Shown here in pieces: positions 17,577-27,132 of a DNA stretch of 64,000 nt. The stretch comes from a virus (lineage: Duplodnaviria > Heunggongvirae > Uroviricota > Caudoviricetes). Within the stretch, counting starts at the first letter, position 1. The number at the start of each line of letters is the position of its first letter. The DNA is taken from IMG/VR virus record IMGVR_UViG_3300023202_000102, positions 2,700 to 66,699 of that record, one strand, 5' to 3'. Both the position numbers and the translations under genes were made by a program. A model generated the notes under the pieces. The model was not told where the DNA came from and did no database searches. It was given only the letters and a program-made list of their open reading frames with translations.

Positions 17577-17984
17577 TTGGTATCATGTCGTGGAGGAACC
17601 GACATGCTCAATGTACTAGTAGCCGCACTCATGGAAGTTGTTGACACCAGCAACGATCTAAAAACAGGTAACGTCGAAGCTGGAGAACTTACAGCTGCGA
17701 AGAAGCGTTTCTTTTCTGCGCTTAACGAGTTTGTTGATTACCGAGTTAAAGTTGCCATGGACCAACGCAGAAGGAACATCAGCCAGGAAAGAATAGCTGT
17801 TGCTGACTCTATCAATGCTGCTGTAAAGTCCACTGCGAGTACAATCAAAAGTATCTCTGCTCTTAACTCGGCTCCCGCTCCGTTTCCACCAGCAGACGCC
17901 ACTAAAGAAGAGATTGAAATTTGGTTTGCGGCTTATAAAGATTGGTATGAAAACAAGAGAAGGGAAGGCATTACAATAGAATAA
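17577..17984 (+). CDS. Hypothetical protein
   Basis: 135 aa ORF; the true start may be the ATG at about 17604 (MLNVLVAAL). Confidence 0.4.
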   Translation: MVSCRGGTDMLNVLVAALMEVVDTSNDLKTGNVEAGELTAAKKRFFSALNEFVDYRVKVAMDQRRRNISQERIAVADSINAAVKSTASTIKSISALNSAPAPFPPADATKEEIEIWFAAYKDWYENKRREGITIE

Positions 17985-18013
17985 TGCATATAGCAAAGTT
18001 CTAGCATATCAAT

Positions 18014-18859
18014 ATGACTGATTGGTATGCACATGAACAGTTCCTCATTGATGAGGTTAAGAAGCTTGAAGAGGCCGAAGCGGCTTACGCTTTGCGCGAG
18101 GCCTGGAAGAAAATTTATGGACAGTATCCAAGTGATAAATCACTGGCGGTTCTTTGGGCAAAGTCTGCCCTTGAAACTGGTCGTTGGAAGATTATTCATT
18201 GTTACAACTTTGGTAACATTAAAAAGCTAGGAACTCATCGCGGTAATGATGACGGACATTACTTTACAATGTACAGGTGCTCTGAGATTCTAAATGGTAA
18301 AGAGGTTTGGTTTGATCCTCCGCATTACCAAACACATTTCAGAGCCTACAAGACAGTTGAAGCTGGTGCTGAAGATTACATTAGGTTTGTATCTCAAAAG
18401 AAAAGATACCTCAAGGCATGGCAAGAAGTCATTAACGGTGACCCACGGGCATACTCTCATGAGTTGAAAAAGGCGGGGTATTATACTGCGTCTGAGTCAT
18501 TGTATACCGCTGGTGTTGTTAGATTGTTTGATTCATTTATGAAAAGAAAGGATGAGCTTTTGTCTTGGGAACCAGAAGATAAAATTGATACCATTCCATC
18601 TCCGGCCCCTGAACCAGCCAATCCTATTGAAGAGGAACCTGTCAAAGAAGATCCAGAGGAAAAGATTGATACCAACATTGACAATGGGCCTCCACCATCA
18701 AAAGACTTTGATAATGACAATGAGATCACTGATGTTGATGCCGGGGTCGAGACGAGTGCTTCTAAAGAAATTGGCAAAAGTGCTAAGCCTATGTTCCTGA
18801 TGGCTGTGATTGTTGCTGCCATTGCTTGGGTTTCGCAATTCTTTCAAAGCTGCCAATAA
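18014..18859 (+). CDS. GH73-family N-acetylglucosaminidase (peptidoglycan hydrolase / endolysin-like) with C-terminal TM anchor
   Basis: 'LAVLWAKSALETGRW...NFGNIK' and 'LKKAGYYTASESLYTAGVVRLFD' resemble FlgJ/GH73 motifs (AQAALESGWG..N.FGIK; AGYATDP.Y); C-terminal 'MFLMAVIVAAIAWVSQFF'. Confidence 0.6.
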   Translation: MTDWYAHEQFLIDEVKKLEEAEAAYALREAWKKIYGQYPSDKSLAVLWAKSALETGRWKIIHCYNFGNIKKLGTHRGNDDGHYFTMYRCSEILNGKEVWFDPPHYQTHFRAYKTVEAGAEDYIRFVSQKKRYLKAWQEVINGDPRAYSHELKKAGYYTASESLYTAGVVRLFDSFMKRKDELLSWEPEDKIDTIPSPAPEPANPIEEEPVKEDPEEKIDTNIDNGPPPSKDFDNDNEITDVDAGVETSASKEIGKSAKPMFLMAVIVAAIAWVSQFFQSCQ

Positions 18860-18923
18860 ACCTTTACAGCTGCACCAATACGGGGTAGGCTGATGAGGCT
18901 CTGGCATAACCGGAGAAGATCGA

Positions 18924-19517
18924 ATGAAGTCAGCCACCTACGGCAAAAATAAGCAGGAAGGAAAACCCCCTGCGGTGATCCTTACGAACCCCAAGTACTC
19001 GTACAATGTGGGTGGCGCACAGCGTGCGTGCTCTTGTTGGGGTGTTTCTCAGCTGTGGTGGACGGGCAATCGTGTACGTTTTGAAGCAACTGAATCTGGA
19101 AAAGGCAACAAGAAAAGACTTCCAAGAGAAGAGCGAATGAAAGGATACATGGATGTTGAACTGCGACAGTTCGATTATCCATTTGATCAGTTCGACAAAA
19201 GCGTAACAACTGTTGCTATTGAACTGATACCTGGAGCCGAACCTCTACCAACATTCGAACACCCCGAAAACGCCGTGTATGTTTTCGGGCCAGAAGATGG
19301 TTCAATTGATTCTGTTACCAGAAAGCATTGCCATCGTTTTGTTTCCATTCCTGCTCATCACTGTATGAATCTTTCTATGGCTGTTGGGCTTGTTCTGTAT
19401 GATAGGTTCATTAAGATGAACCAAGATGTTAGACTTGAGGATATCCTCAAGGAGAATCGATATGATTTCACTGACCATAGGTTGGCAGCGAAAGAAATGG
19501 GATTAGTTTCAAGATGA
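18924..19517 (+). CDS. SpoU/TrmH-family RNA 2'-O-ribose methyltransferase
   Basis: SpoU motifs 'ILTNPKYSYNVGGAQRA', 'VYVFGPEDGSIDSV', 'VSIPAHHCMNLSMAVGLVLYD'. Confidence 0.6.
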   Translation: MKSATYGKNKQEGKPPAVILTNPKYSYNVGGAQRACSCWGVSQLWWTGNRVRFEATESGKGNKKRLPREERMKGYMDVELRQFDYPFDQFDKSVTTVAIELIPGAEPLPTFEHPENAVYVFGPEDGSIDSVTRKHCHRFVSIPAHHCMNLSMAVGLVLYDRFIKMNQDVRLEDILKENRYDFTDHRLAAKEMGLVSR

Positions 19518-19705
19518 AGATTACTAGTATTAAGATTGACAAGACCAAGCTGGTTAACTCTGCTAAGTCCGTTGGCAATGCAGCTTGGAAAGTTGCCAAG
19601 TCTGAAGAGGCTCTTGGTGCTTTGAAAATCATTGCAGCCACAGTTGCTTTGATTCATGCCGTTGAAGAGCTTAGGCAAACAAGAAATAAAATTGGCTTCA
19701 AGTAA
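19514..19705 (+). CDS. Small hypothetical protein (63 aa)
   Basis: Overlaps the neighbouring start and stop (ATGA); helical. Confidence 0.35.
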   Translation: MKITSIKIDKTKLVNSAKSVGNAAWKVAKSEEALGALKIIAATVALIHAVEELRQTRNKIGFK

Positions 19706-20192
19706 TGAAGAAGATTTATCTTGCTGGTCCTACGTATTCAGGTCAGACTCAAAAGAGATAGGTAAGTTTCTCAAAGGGCTTTGTGAGGCTTTTGGTTTTG
19801 AAGGTGTGTATCCATTAGACAACGAGATATCAAACATCGAATCGAAACCAAGGCAAGCTCTTGGTAAAGAGATTGCTGAAGCAAATGTCGAACTCATTCA
19901 TGGGTGTGATTATGTTTTAGCAAACCTTGAACCTTTTCGAGGGCCAAGCGCAGACTGTGGAACAGTCTGGGAGTGTGCCTATGCTAAAGGTTTGGGAAAG
20001 ATGGTTGCTGGATACTCAAAGACAAAATCATTACCATACAAAGACAAAGTCCTCAACGTACTTCCTCATGATGGAATGATGGTAGAAGACTTTCACGCTT
20101 GGGATAACATCATGTTAGTGCATGGTATTGATTTTATGTGTAGTGACCCTCGTGTTGGTTTACAATGGCTTAGAGAACAGGACAAGAAATGA
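19705..20192 (+). pseudogene. Nucleoside 2-deoxyribosyltransferase-like (PF05014) gene with an apparent -1 frameshift after codon about 17
   Basis: ATG at 19705 gives the family N-terminus MKKIYLAGPTYSGQTQKR then TAG. The remainder (…EIGKFLKGLCEAFGFEGVYPLDNE…DCGTVWECAYAKGLGKMVAGY) is in the -1 frame (track ORF 19656..20192). The junction is in an A-run 'ACTCAAAAGAGATAG'. Confidence 0.55.
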
Positions 20193-20782
20193 TTCAAGAC
20201 ATATACCCTCCGGTTGTTGTTGAAACAACAATGAAAGGTGAGAAACATTGGGATATCTTTAGCCGTTTGATGAGGGACCGCATCATCATTCTTGGTGATG
20301 TAATAGATGATGATGTTGCTAACATCATTATTGCGCAGATGTTGTACCTTCAAAACGAGGATTCGGAGAAGGACATCGATCTTTACATCAACTCTCCCGG
20401 TGGAATCGTTACATCAGGTATGGCCATACTTGATACGATGAATTACATCAAGTGTAATGTGAAGACTATCTGTATGGGTCAAGCCTCATCAATGGGCGCT
20501 CTGCTTCTTGCCGCAGGAACCAAAGGCAAAAGAAAAGCATTACCCAATGCACGAGTAATGATCCACCAACCGCTTGGGGGTGTGCGAGGACAGGCCTCAG
20601 ACATTAAGATCCAAGCCGACGAGATAGATAAGATCAAGAATAAAATCACAGATATTCTGGTAAAAGCTACCGGACAAAATCGTGACAAGGTCTACCAAGA
20701 TATAGACCGTGACTTCTATCTATCAGCCGAAGAGGCCAAAGAGTATGGCCTTATTGATGAAGTAATTTCTTCTGGTGACTAA
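20189..20782 (+). CDS. clpP: ATP-dependent Clp protease proteolytic subunit ClpP (copy 1)
   Basis: Collinear with ClpP; catalytic Ser in '[11 protein letters not shown]', His in '[10 protein letters not shown]', Asp in '[12 protein letters not shown]'. Confidence 0.9.
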   Translation: MIQDIYPPVVVETTMKGEKHWDIFSRLMRDRIIILGDVIDDDVANIIIAQMLYLQNEDSEKDIDLYINSPGGIVTSGMAILDTMNYIKCNVKTICMGQASSMGALLLAAGTKGKRKALPNARVMIHQPLGGVRGQASDIKIQADEIDKIKNKITDILVKATGQNRDKVYQDIDRDFYLSAEEAKEYGLIDEVISSGD

Positions 20783-20809
20783 CCAGAAAGCAACCCAAGA
20801 GATATAAAA

Positions 20810-21928
20810 ATGCTGGAGCTAAGTAACAACAGACTAAATTTTTCATTCCCTGACACTCATGGTGAAGCCAATGTTGGAGTAGACTTCCAGCGAACTCTGC
20901 GCATCCCTGATGACGACAAGCAGTATAGTCTCCCTCCTGGACTGGGAAGTTTTCCAACCCGAAAGGTAGATGACCTTGACGAGGAGAAGACCCCAAAAGA
21001 GTGGAGGGAGCATGGTGGTGTTGTTATTCCAATGTTTCAATCCGAAGCAATGTGGATCAACTTTCACCCTAACCACACATGGAAGCGTGGCTCGTCCTAT
21101 CCTTTTGCTATTAAGGTATCAACAGGAAAGGTGAGCGCTCTTACTGGAAACCCCTATGTCAAAGAGTTGAGTCCTGGTAACTATCTTGTTATCCCACAGC
21201 AGCCATGGCTTGATGGGTTCGTAGTTGATGAGGGTTTCATCCGTCAGTTCATAGCATCACCTCTCGGTTCTGGAGTGTCTGTTGAGCAACAGATGACTGG
21301 AGAAGATAAGGTGGGAGGTCTTCAGATTGAAGTCATTCCTATGAAGGCTGAGGTGTATGATAAGAAGTTCCCGAAACGAAAGATGAATGGAAACGTACTG
21401 CGCTCTCAGAGCATGTCAAAAGTTGGTGAGACTCTTGATGGAAACGAGTTGTATGCAACATCTGCAGGAGCAACCATGGATTTCATGGAACAGGGAACGG
21501 ATAGTGATCGAGAAGAGCTAACTAAAGGATCTCCTATTCAAGAGATGTCTCTCGCTGCTGGTGGTAAGATGAAGCAACAGGTATTCGATGACCCATTTGA
21601 CATCAATGATTGGGATATCGAAACCAGTGAGCGTTGCTTTGTCCATCTTGTTAACTCCATGACATGGGAGTACTTAACAGGGGAGAAGCCACCTTCTGTT
21701 CCTCTCACCGCCGCTGATTACAATCAGCGTGGGATGCCTTGGTTTGATTACTACTCGGAGTCTCCGACGGTAAAACCAACAGACAAGATGAAAGATCTCA
21801 AGAGCATGAAAGAGATGCCTGGCGGCGAACACATGCTTCCTGAGAACGAATCCCTTGAAGAGAAGAATGTCAAAGACCTTTCTCCGAAGAAAAAGAACCC
21901 AAAAGAAGTTCATGATGGTAAGTGGTAA
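20810..21928 (+). CDS. Hypothetical protein (372 aa)
   Basis: Clean ORF with AGATATAAAA ... ATG start; no motif recognised. Confidence 0.5.
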   Translation: MLELSNNRLNFSFPDTHGEANVGVDFQRTLRIPDDDKQYSLPPGLGSFPTRKVDDLDEEKTPKEWREHGGVVIPMFQSEAMWINFHPNHTWKRGSSYPFAIKVSTGKVSALTGNPYVKELSPGNYLVIPQQPWLDGFVVDEGFIRQFIASPLGSGVSVEQQMTGEDKVGGLQIEVIPMKAEVYDKKFPKRKMNGNVLRSQSMSKVGETLDGNELYATSAGATMDFMEQGTDSDREELTKGSPIQEMSLAAGGKMKQQVFDDPFDINDWDIETSERCFVHLVNSMTWEYLTGEKPPSVPLTAADYNQRGMPWFDYYSESPTVKPTDKMKDLKSMKEMPGGEHMLPENESLEEKNVKDLSPKKKNPKEVHDGKW

Positions 21929-22116
21929 TGTCTTGGATATCTGTTCATAAAGCTCTACCACCAAGCGGTGTCATTGTTGATACTAAAATAGATGATGCTT
22001 CTGGTCCCAGAAATGAACAGCCATTGAAAAGGCAGGGAAGGTTATACTTCCACCCAGATGGGTCAACGTATGTTTATTATGAGCCTACCCATTGGAAACT
22101 AAGGAATACAGAATGA
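21922..22116 (+). CDS. Small hypothetical protein
   Basis: 64 aa ORF overlapping the upstream stop. Confidence 0.3.
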   Translation: MVMSWISVHKALPPSGVIVDTKIDDASGPRNEQPLKRQGRLYFHPDGSTYVYYEPTHWKLRNTE

Positions 22117-22247
22117 GTGAAGACACACAAGAGACACCACAGAAAGTCAAGCACTGGAAGCGTTTGCGTCCAATATTAAAGAAGAAAAAGGCTGACAAAA
22201 AAGCCAAGCGGAAAGCTCAACGCCAAGCTAGAAAAGCTCAGCGCTGA
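22113..22247 (+). CDS. Very small highly basic protein (44 aa)
   Basis: MSEDTQETPQKVKHWKRLRPILKKKKADKKAKRKAQRQARKAQR; below the ORF-track size cutoff; ATGA overlap with the upstream gene. Confidence 0.3.
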   Translation: MSEDTQETPQKVKHWKRLRPILKKKKADKKAKRKAQRQARKAQR

Positions 22248-22288
22248 TGTTGACAGCGCCGTCAATGGACGTAGGTTGATTGGACGAC

Positions 22289-22318
22289 GCTTTGGGATGG
22301 CTTTCGTTATCCCAAAGC
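22289..22318 (+). other. Perfect 10-bp stem hairpin (GCTTTGGGAT / ATCCCAAAGC, 10-nt loop)
   Basis: Read directly from the sequence; no U-tract follows; lies between convergent genes. Confidence 0.4.
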
Positions 22319-22329
22319 ACCGATCAAAT

Positions 22330-22481
22330 AGCGTATGGTATCTGGGGAGATCCTGGAACAAAGGTTGTATGATACCTTTCATGAAACAAAGCTATTTGAT
22401 CACCAACTCAGCGTATGGTGTCTAGGGAGATCCTAGGACAAGGTTTTTCATTCTTCTTGTTTTACCTCATGAAACAAAGCT
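22330..22481. repeat. Two tandem ~80-bp imperfect direct repeats
   Basis: Unit 'AGCGTATGGT(A/G)TCT(G/A)GGGAGATCCT(G/A)GGACAA(A)GGTT ... CATGAAACAAAGCT' at 22330-22393 and 22410-22481; each contains CTGGG/CTAGG flanking GAGATC. Confidence 0.5.
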
Positions 22482-22525
22482 GCTGTTGGGCTTATACATT
22501 ATACACTGTCATTTTGTGACACGCA

Positions 22526-23080
22526 TTAAAGATTTTCTTTCCAGCTGTTGAGCTTCTCAAGAGTTCTTTCAATACTGTTGATAAGATCTTCTACAACAAT
22601 TCTAGAACGCAGTGGCTCTTCATCGGAAGCATTCTTCTTTCGATTGTCTCGCCACTCTTTTTGCTTTGTCTTGTAGGCATCAACACACTTCTTGCACCGA
22701 CATTCGTGCTTTCGATACATCCAGTACGTACCGTGTTTGGACTTTGGAGTAGAGAAGTCCCAGGAGTCTTTGGTCTTCTTCTTGTGGCACTCTGCACAAA
22801 GCAACTGCAGAGCCTTCAGCTCCTGCTCAAACTTCTGTGAGTTGACAGAGTGCAAGTCTGATGCTCTCATTGTTTTGTTCTTCTTCTTTTTGTGATCAAA
22901 ATGCCATGGACCCTTCTTGGTTCCACAAGAGTTGCACTTCCCTCCCAGGCGATTTGCGATCTCCTCTCTCTTTGAGTGGTACCGATTTTTCATATACTCA
23001 CGCATGTACTCAGCACGAGGATGATTCGCAGCTTCCAGGAATATTTCTGCATACTTCAAGAGATTCTTTTTTGACCCCAT
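22526..23080 (-). CDS. HNH endonuclease (free-standing, opposite strand to neighbours)
   Basis: 'CNSCGTKKGPWHFDHKKKKNKTMRASDLHSVNSQKFEQELKALQLLCAECHKKK' is an H-N-H motif with paired Cys; a lone minus-strand gene in a plus-strand block. Confidence 0.7.
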   Translation of the reverse strand: MGSKKNLLKYAEIFLEAANHPRAEYMREYMKNRYHSKREEIANRLGGKCNSCGTKKGPWHFDHKKKKNKTMRASDLHSVNSQKFEQELKALQLLCAECHKKKTKDSWDFSTPKSKHGTYWMYRKHECRCKKCVDAYKTKQKEWRDNRKKNASDEEPLRSRIVVEDLINSIERTLEKLNSWKENL

Positions 23081-23128
23081 AGTTCGTATGCGGGAATATT
23101 CGGAGAGGAACTCTTGAAAAAAGAAGTC

Positions 23129-23157
23129 TTGACAGCGAGGCTTTTTTTGACTAACCT
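23129..23157 (+). promoter_or_regulatory. Sigma70-like promoter TTGACA-17-TAACCT
   Basis: AGTCTTGACA...TAACCT 10 nt before the ATG of 23167 (leaderless-type spacing). Confidence 0.35.
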
Positions 23158-23166
23158 GGAACCTGT

Positions 23167-23550
23167 ATGGATAAAAATCCCACTGAAAAACCAGCGAGCA
23201 ATGTACCCGAGGAGCTTCGTGAGCTTCTCAGAAAGTACGGCTGTAGCCTTCGGAAAGAGCCTACCTACATCATTCTAGGAACCTTCATCCCCGAGAAAGG
23301 ACGCCGCTTTATGGGCATCCTTGCCGGGGTAGACAATGAATTTCACACCCACCTGATTGCCCGAGAGGTCCGCAAGACCGGGGGCAATTGCGAAATCCAC
23401 AGAACTGAACATCATCCTGATGGCATGACGTTCAGTGTTGCTGATTATATGCGCGATGTAAAAGAACTGCGCGAGAGAAGAGCAACAGCAAATGCGCAGA
23501 AAGAAAACCGGCCTGACATTCGGCTGGTCAATTCAGAGAAAGATTCCTGA
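23167..23550 (+). CDS. Hypothetical protein (127 aa)
   Basis: ORF upstream of and co-oriented with the ligase. Confidence 0.45.
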   Translation: MDKNPTEKPASNVPEELRELLRKYGCSLRKEPTYIILGTFIPEKGRRFMGILAGVDNEFHTHLIAREVRKTGGNCEIHRTEHHPDGMTFSVADYMRDVKELRERRATANAQKENRPDIRLVNSEKDS

Positions 23551-23552
23551 AC

Positions 23553-25493
23553 ATGACATTCGATAAGAAGGAGTTCAAGAAACTCCTTGATGATATCGAT
23601 AAATACGACGACGCCTATTACAATAAAGACACCCAAATCGTATCCGATCAGGAATACGATGGGGTGAAGGACCGTCTTATATATATCTTCAAGAACAACG
23701 AATTCGTCCCTAAAGCTGGAAGCAAGATGGACGAGAGGTTGTTCTTCCGTCTTGAAGATGCGGTCACCCGTGTTGGTGCACCACCCCCTCTTGATGGTAA
23801 GTGGCAAAGAGTTACACACGAAGTCCCAATGGGATCGCTTCACAAATGTAACACCCCAGATGAATTTGATACCTGGGCTGCGAAGTGTGGGCTCAAGGCT
23901 GATGACGATGTGTTTGATACCGAGAAGCTGGACGGCATCTCTGTTGGAATGCAATACGTCAATGGTGAATTCATCATGGGATACACCCGTGGCAATGGTA
24001 TCTATGGTGAAGACATCACCCGCAATGTCAAAAAGATGAAGGGCGTACCACACAAACTCACCGAAGACTTTACTGGTCATGTACGTGGCGAGATTGTGCT
24101 TCGACATTCGGATTGGAAGAAGCACCTATCCTCAATGGAAAACCCTCGCAACGGTGCCTCTGGCGTTGCGAAACGCATATCTGGTAAGGACTCAGAACAC
24201 CTGACAGTTCTATCATACACCATTGATGGTAAGGACTTTGCTACCGAAGTCGAGGCTATCGAGGGTATCGAGGCTTTGGGTTTCCAGGTTCCAAACTGGT
24301 GTGTAACTAATGTCGCTGGAGCTAAGAAGCTCTGGCAGATCTACATGGACAAAACCCGTGAGTCATTGGACTATGACATTGATGGTAAGGTCATCCGTGT
24401 CAATGATATGGCTAAGCAGCTTGCGCTTGGTGAAGAAAGCAAGCGTCCTGTAGGTGCCATTGCATTCAAGTTTGAATCTCCCAAGGCTCGCACGGAATGT
24501 ACTGACATCACCGATCAGGTTGGGGATACTGGACACATTACTCCAGTAGCCATCTTTGATCCTGTAGAACTCCTGGGAGCTAAAGTAAAAAGAGCCTCGC
24601 TTCACAACTATTCTTTAGTAAAGAAGCTAGGTATCAATATTGGTGCAGAGATTATAGTAGAACGAGCCAATGACGTAATTCCTTACATCTCTGAGGTTAC
24701 CAAGAAGAATGGTGACGCCTACAAAGCTCCTTCCAAGTGTCCCGCTTGCGGTGCTAAGACCCACTTCGTTGGCGAGTATCTCGTCTGTCCTAACAAGAAA
24801 GACTGTCCTCCTCAGGTTATTGGACGGCTTAACAAATGGATCAAAGAGCTGGGCATTTTGGAGTGGGGTGAGTCAGTTCTTACCAAGCTGATTGATGCAG
24901 GACTGGTGTCTGATGTGGGTGATATCTATCGTTTAACCGCAGATGATATTGCTGGTCTTGACAGAATGGGCAAGAAAAGTGCAGACAATCTTATCAAGGA
25001 ACTTGATAAGTTCAGAGCTATTCCTCTTGAGAATTTCCTAGGTGGGCTTTGTATCGATGGTGTTGCTACCTCAACTGTCAAGTCAATTATCAAAGAGGGT
25101 CATGATACATTGGATGCTATCCTTGGCCTCAGCACCAAGGAACTTGAAAGTGTTCCTGGCTTTGCAGAGAAGCGAGCGCTTGCCTTCCATAATGGGCTCA
25201 TTGATAATGCAGACCGTATTGAAGATATCATCGATGCCGGTGTTACCATCAAGGCAAGAGCAAAGGGTAAGCTCACTGGTGCTACGTTCTGTTTTACTGG
25301 AGCAATGAAAACTCCTCGTGCTAAACTTCAAAAGATTGTTGAGGACAATGGTGGTGAGGTAAAGAAATCGGTAGGTAAGGGTCTCAAGTATCTCGTCATT
25401 GCAGATCCAACATCCACATCTTCGAAAGCTTCGGCGGCGAGAAAGAATAATACTACATTGATTTCTGAGGAAGATTTCCTAGGAATGATCTGA
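23553..25493 (+). CDS. ligA: NAD-dependent DNA ligase LigA
   Basis: Adenylation 'EKLDGISVGMQY' (KxDG), Zn finger 'CPACGAKTHFVGEYLVCPNKKDCPPQ', HhH region, C-terminal BRCT 'FCFTGAMKTPRAKLQKIVEDNGGEV'. Confidence 0.85.
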   Translation: MTFDKKEFKKLLDDIDKYDDAYYNKDTQIVSDQEYDGVKDRLIYIFKNNEFVPKAGSKMDERLFFRLEDAVTRVGAPPPLDGKWQRVTHEVPMGSLHKCNTPDEFDTWAAKCGLKADDDVFDTEKLDGISVGMQYVNGEFIMGYTRGNGIYGEDITRNVKKMKGVPHKLTEDFTGHVRGEIVLRHSDWKKHLSSMENPRNGASGVAKRISGKDSEHLTVLSYTIDGKDFATEVEAIEGIEALGFQVPNWCVTNVAGAKKLWQIYMDKTRESLDYDIDGKVIRVNDMAKQLALGEESKRPVGAIAFKFESPKARTECTDITDQVGDTGHITPVAIFDPVELLGAKVKRASLHNYSLVKKLGINIGAEIIVERANDVIPYISEVTKKNGDAYKAPSKCPACGAKTHFVGEYLVCPNKKDCPPQVIGRLNKWIKELGILEWGESVLTKLIDAGLVSDVGDIYRLTADDIAGLDRMGKKSADNLIKELDKFRAIPLENFLGGLCIDGVATSTVKSIIKEGHDTLDAILGLSTKELESVPGFAEKRALAFHNGLIDNADRIEDIIDAGVTIKARAKGKLTGATFCFTGAMKTPRAKLQKIVEDNGGEVKKSVGKGLKYLVIADPTSTSSKASAARKNNTTLISEEDFLGMI

Positions 25494-25530
25494 TGAAGTA
25501 GCGACATACCAGCTGCTTCTCGGGATATTT

Positions 25531-26775
25531 ATGGCTAAGCATAAACGAAAAGCAGCTGCGTATGAATCGTTGTCAGGCGGAAAGCGCATCAGATCAGAGC
25601 GTACCCGGCGCAAGCTGGAACAAATAGAAGAAAGGGAAAGATCTATCATTAATTCCTTGCATAACAGCAAGGAGAGGGAGCGTCCTGATTTTAATGAGGA
25701 GCTAGAGTTCTATAAAGAGCTTAAGAAAAAAGCTCCACGCCTAATGGACAAGCACCACAAACGCCTCTTAGAAGTGCTGCGTAAGCTCCCTCAGCAGCGT
25801 GACATTAAACAATGGAAGCCCAGGGGCAAGGGAAAGAATACGCTCTTGGTTGACCTTGCAGAGCATGTCCTAGCTAAATATAAAACACCCAGATTCATTT
25901 GGTCTGCTATGTGGGATAACCAATTCTATCTTGAAGACACTGGTCTGAAAGATGTCATGGTAAGAATTGCCGCAGGGGATTCCTTTGCGAAGATGTGTAA
26001 GAACGGAGAGTTCAACGTTCCTCTTACCAAAAAACAGTGTCATGAGTTCATGCAAACATCGAACGACTGGTCGTTCATGCGTGCTCTTCGGCGTGTCCAG
26101 ATCAAAACTTACAACGGATCTTACGACCTGTTTGAGGTGTGGATGCGCAAGATTGGTGATGTCATCCGCAGCAAAGATGATGAGATTTTTTGGGACTCAG
26201 CCCTTGCTTGGTTCTCCAGAATACCTATGTTGGATGCAACTCAGGTTGGCCCACTAATTGATTACATCACTCACCGAAAAGAAGAAGATGAGAACTTTTC
26301 ACTCAAGGGTAGAACATTCCAATCTCTTTCGAGAGGAATGTTTGAGTGGCATGGTGAGCTGAACCAACAGAGGGTTTGGCAGCGTGATAAAGCCTATCAA
26401 GTTAAGGTCTATGAACGTTCTGGGTTCAAGAACTTTCACTTCCACGAAGGTAAGCAGAAAAAGAAATGGGAGAAAAAACAACAAAGAGTTTGGAACATTA
26501 CTGAAGTACTTACACAAACTGCTCTCAAAGAAGAAGGAAGAGTGCATGGTCACTGTGTGTTCTCTTACGCACGATCAATTGTATCTAGAAGAGTTTCTAT
26601 CTGGTCTCTTACAGTGAATGGAAATCCACAGATTACGATTGAAGTAAGAAACTCTGACAAATCAATTGTTCAAGCCCGAGGACTTCGCAACAGAGTGACT
26701 ACAAGAGATGAAGACCGCATTATTAAGTTATGGGCAGAGGAGAACGGCCTGGAAGTACGCGGAAACAGCTGGTAA
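25531..26775 (+). CDS. Hypothetical protein (414 aa), basic N-terminus
   Basis: Clean ORF; no confident family. Confidence 0.5.
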   Translation: MAKHKRKAAAYESLSGGKRIRSERTRRKLEQIEERERSIINSLHNSKERERPDFNEELEFYKELKKKAPRLMDKHHKRLLEVLRKLPQQRDIKQWKPRGKGKNTLLVDLAEHVLAKYKTPRFIWSAMWDNQFYLEDTGLKDVMVRIAAGDSFAKMCKNGEFNVPLTKKQCHEFMQTSNDWSFMRALRRVQIKTYNGSYDLFEVWMRKIGDVIRSKDDEIFWDSALAWFSRIPMLDATQVGPLIDYITHRKEEDENFSLKGRTFQSLSRGMFEWHGELNQQRVWQRDKAYQVKVYERSGFKNFHFHEGKQKKKWEKKQQRVWNITEVLTQTALKEEGRVHGHCVFSYARSIVSRRVSIWSLTVNGNPQITIEVRNSDKSIVQARGLRNRVTTRDEDRIIKLWAEENGLEVRGNSW

Positions 26776-26799
26776 ACAGCACTGAATGTAGGTCCAGGT

Positions 26800-27102
26800 G
26801 TGTACAATCTGCTTGACAGGTACAGACAAATGTGGCAGCTTTATGAAGGAGGAGGAATCTCTAAGATAAAAAGTATGAACAAATTCAATAACGGACTTTT
26901 GACATGTAGTATTTGTGACTCCGATCTGGTTCCAGAAGGAAAGGATGGAGCTTTACTAAAGACTAAGTGTCCCAATTGCGGCATTACATCTGGGGAAATG
27001 AACCCATCATATGCTGCACAGGAGTCTATTTCACCGGTTCAAAAAGAATCAAAGGTGGAGGTATATCATATTCGTAGGGCTCCCGCGAGCGTCACTGGAT
27101 AG
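26800..27102 (+). CDS. Small zinc-ribbon protein
   Basis: 'CSICDSD...CPNCG' CxxC pair. Confidence 0.4.
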   Translation: MYNLLDRYRQMWQLYEGGGISKIKSMNKFNNGLLTCSICDSDLVPEGKDGALLKTKCPNCGITSGEMNPSYAAQESISPVQKESKVEVYHIRRAPASVTG

Positions 27103-27132
27103 TTCTATGCGGAGTCGTGCTCCGGAGAATGC

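Noticed and set aside
19705-19761. TAG-stop recoding (alternative genetic code, as in some megaphages) to explain the early TAG in the deoxyribosyltransferase gene
   Set aside because: Reading through the TAG in the same frame gives unrelated sequence, while the homologous domain continues in the -1 frame. Other genes terminate normally at TAG, e.g. 28811.
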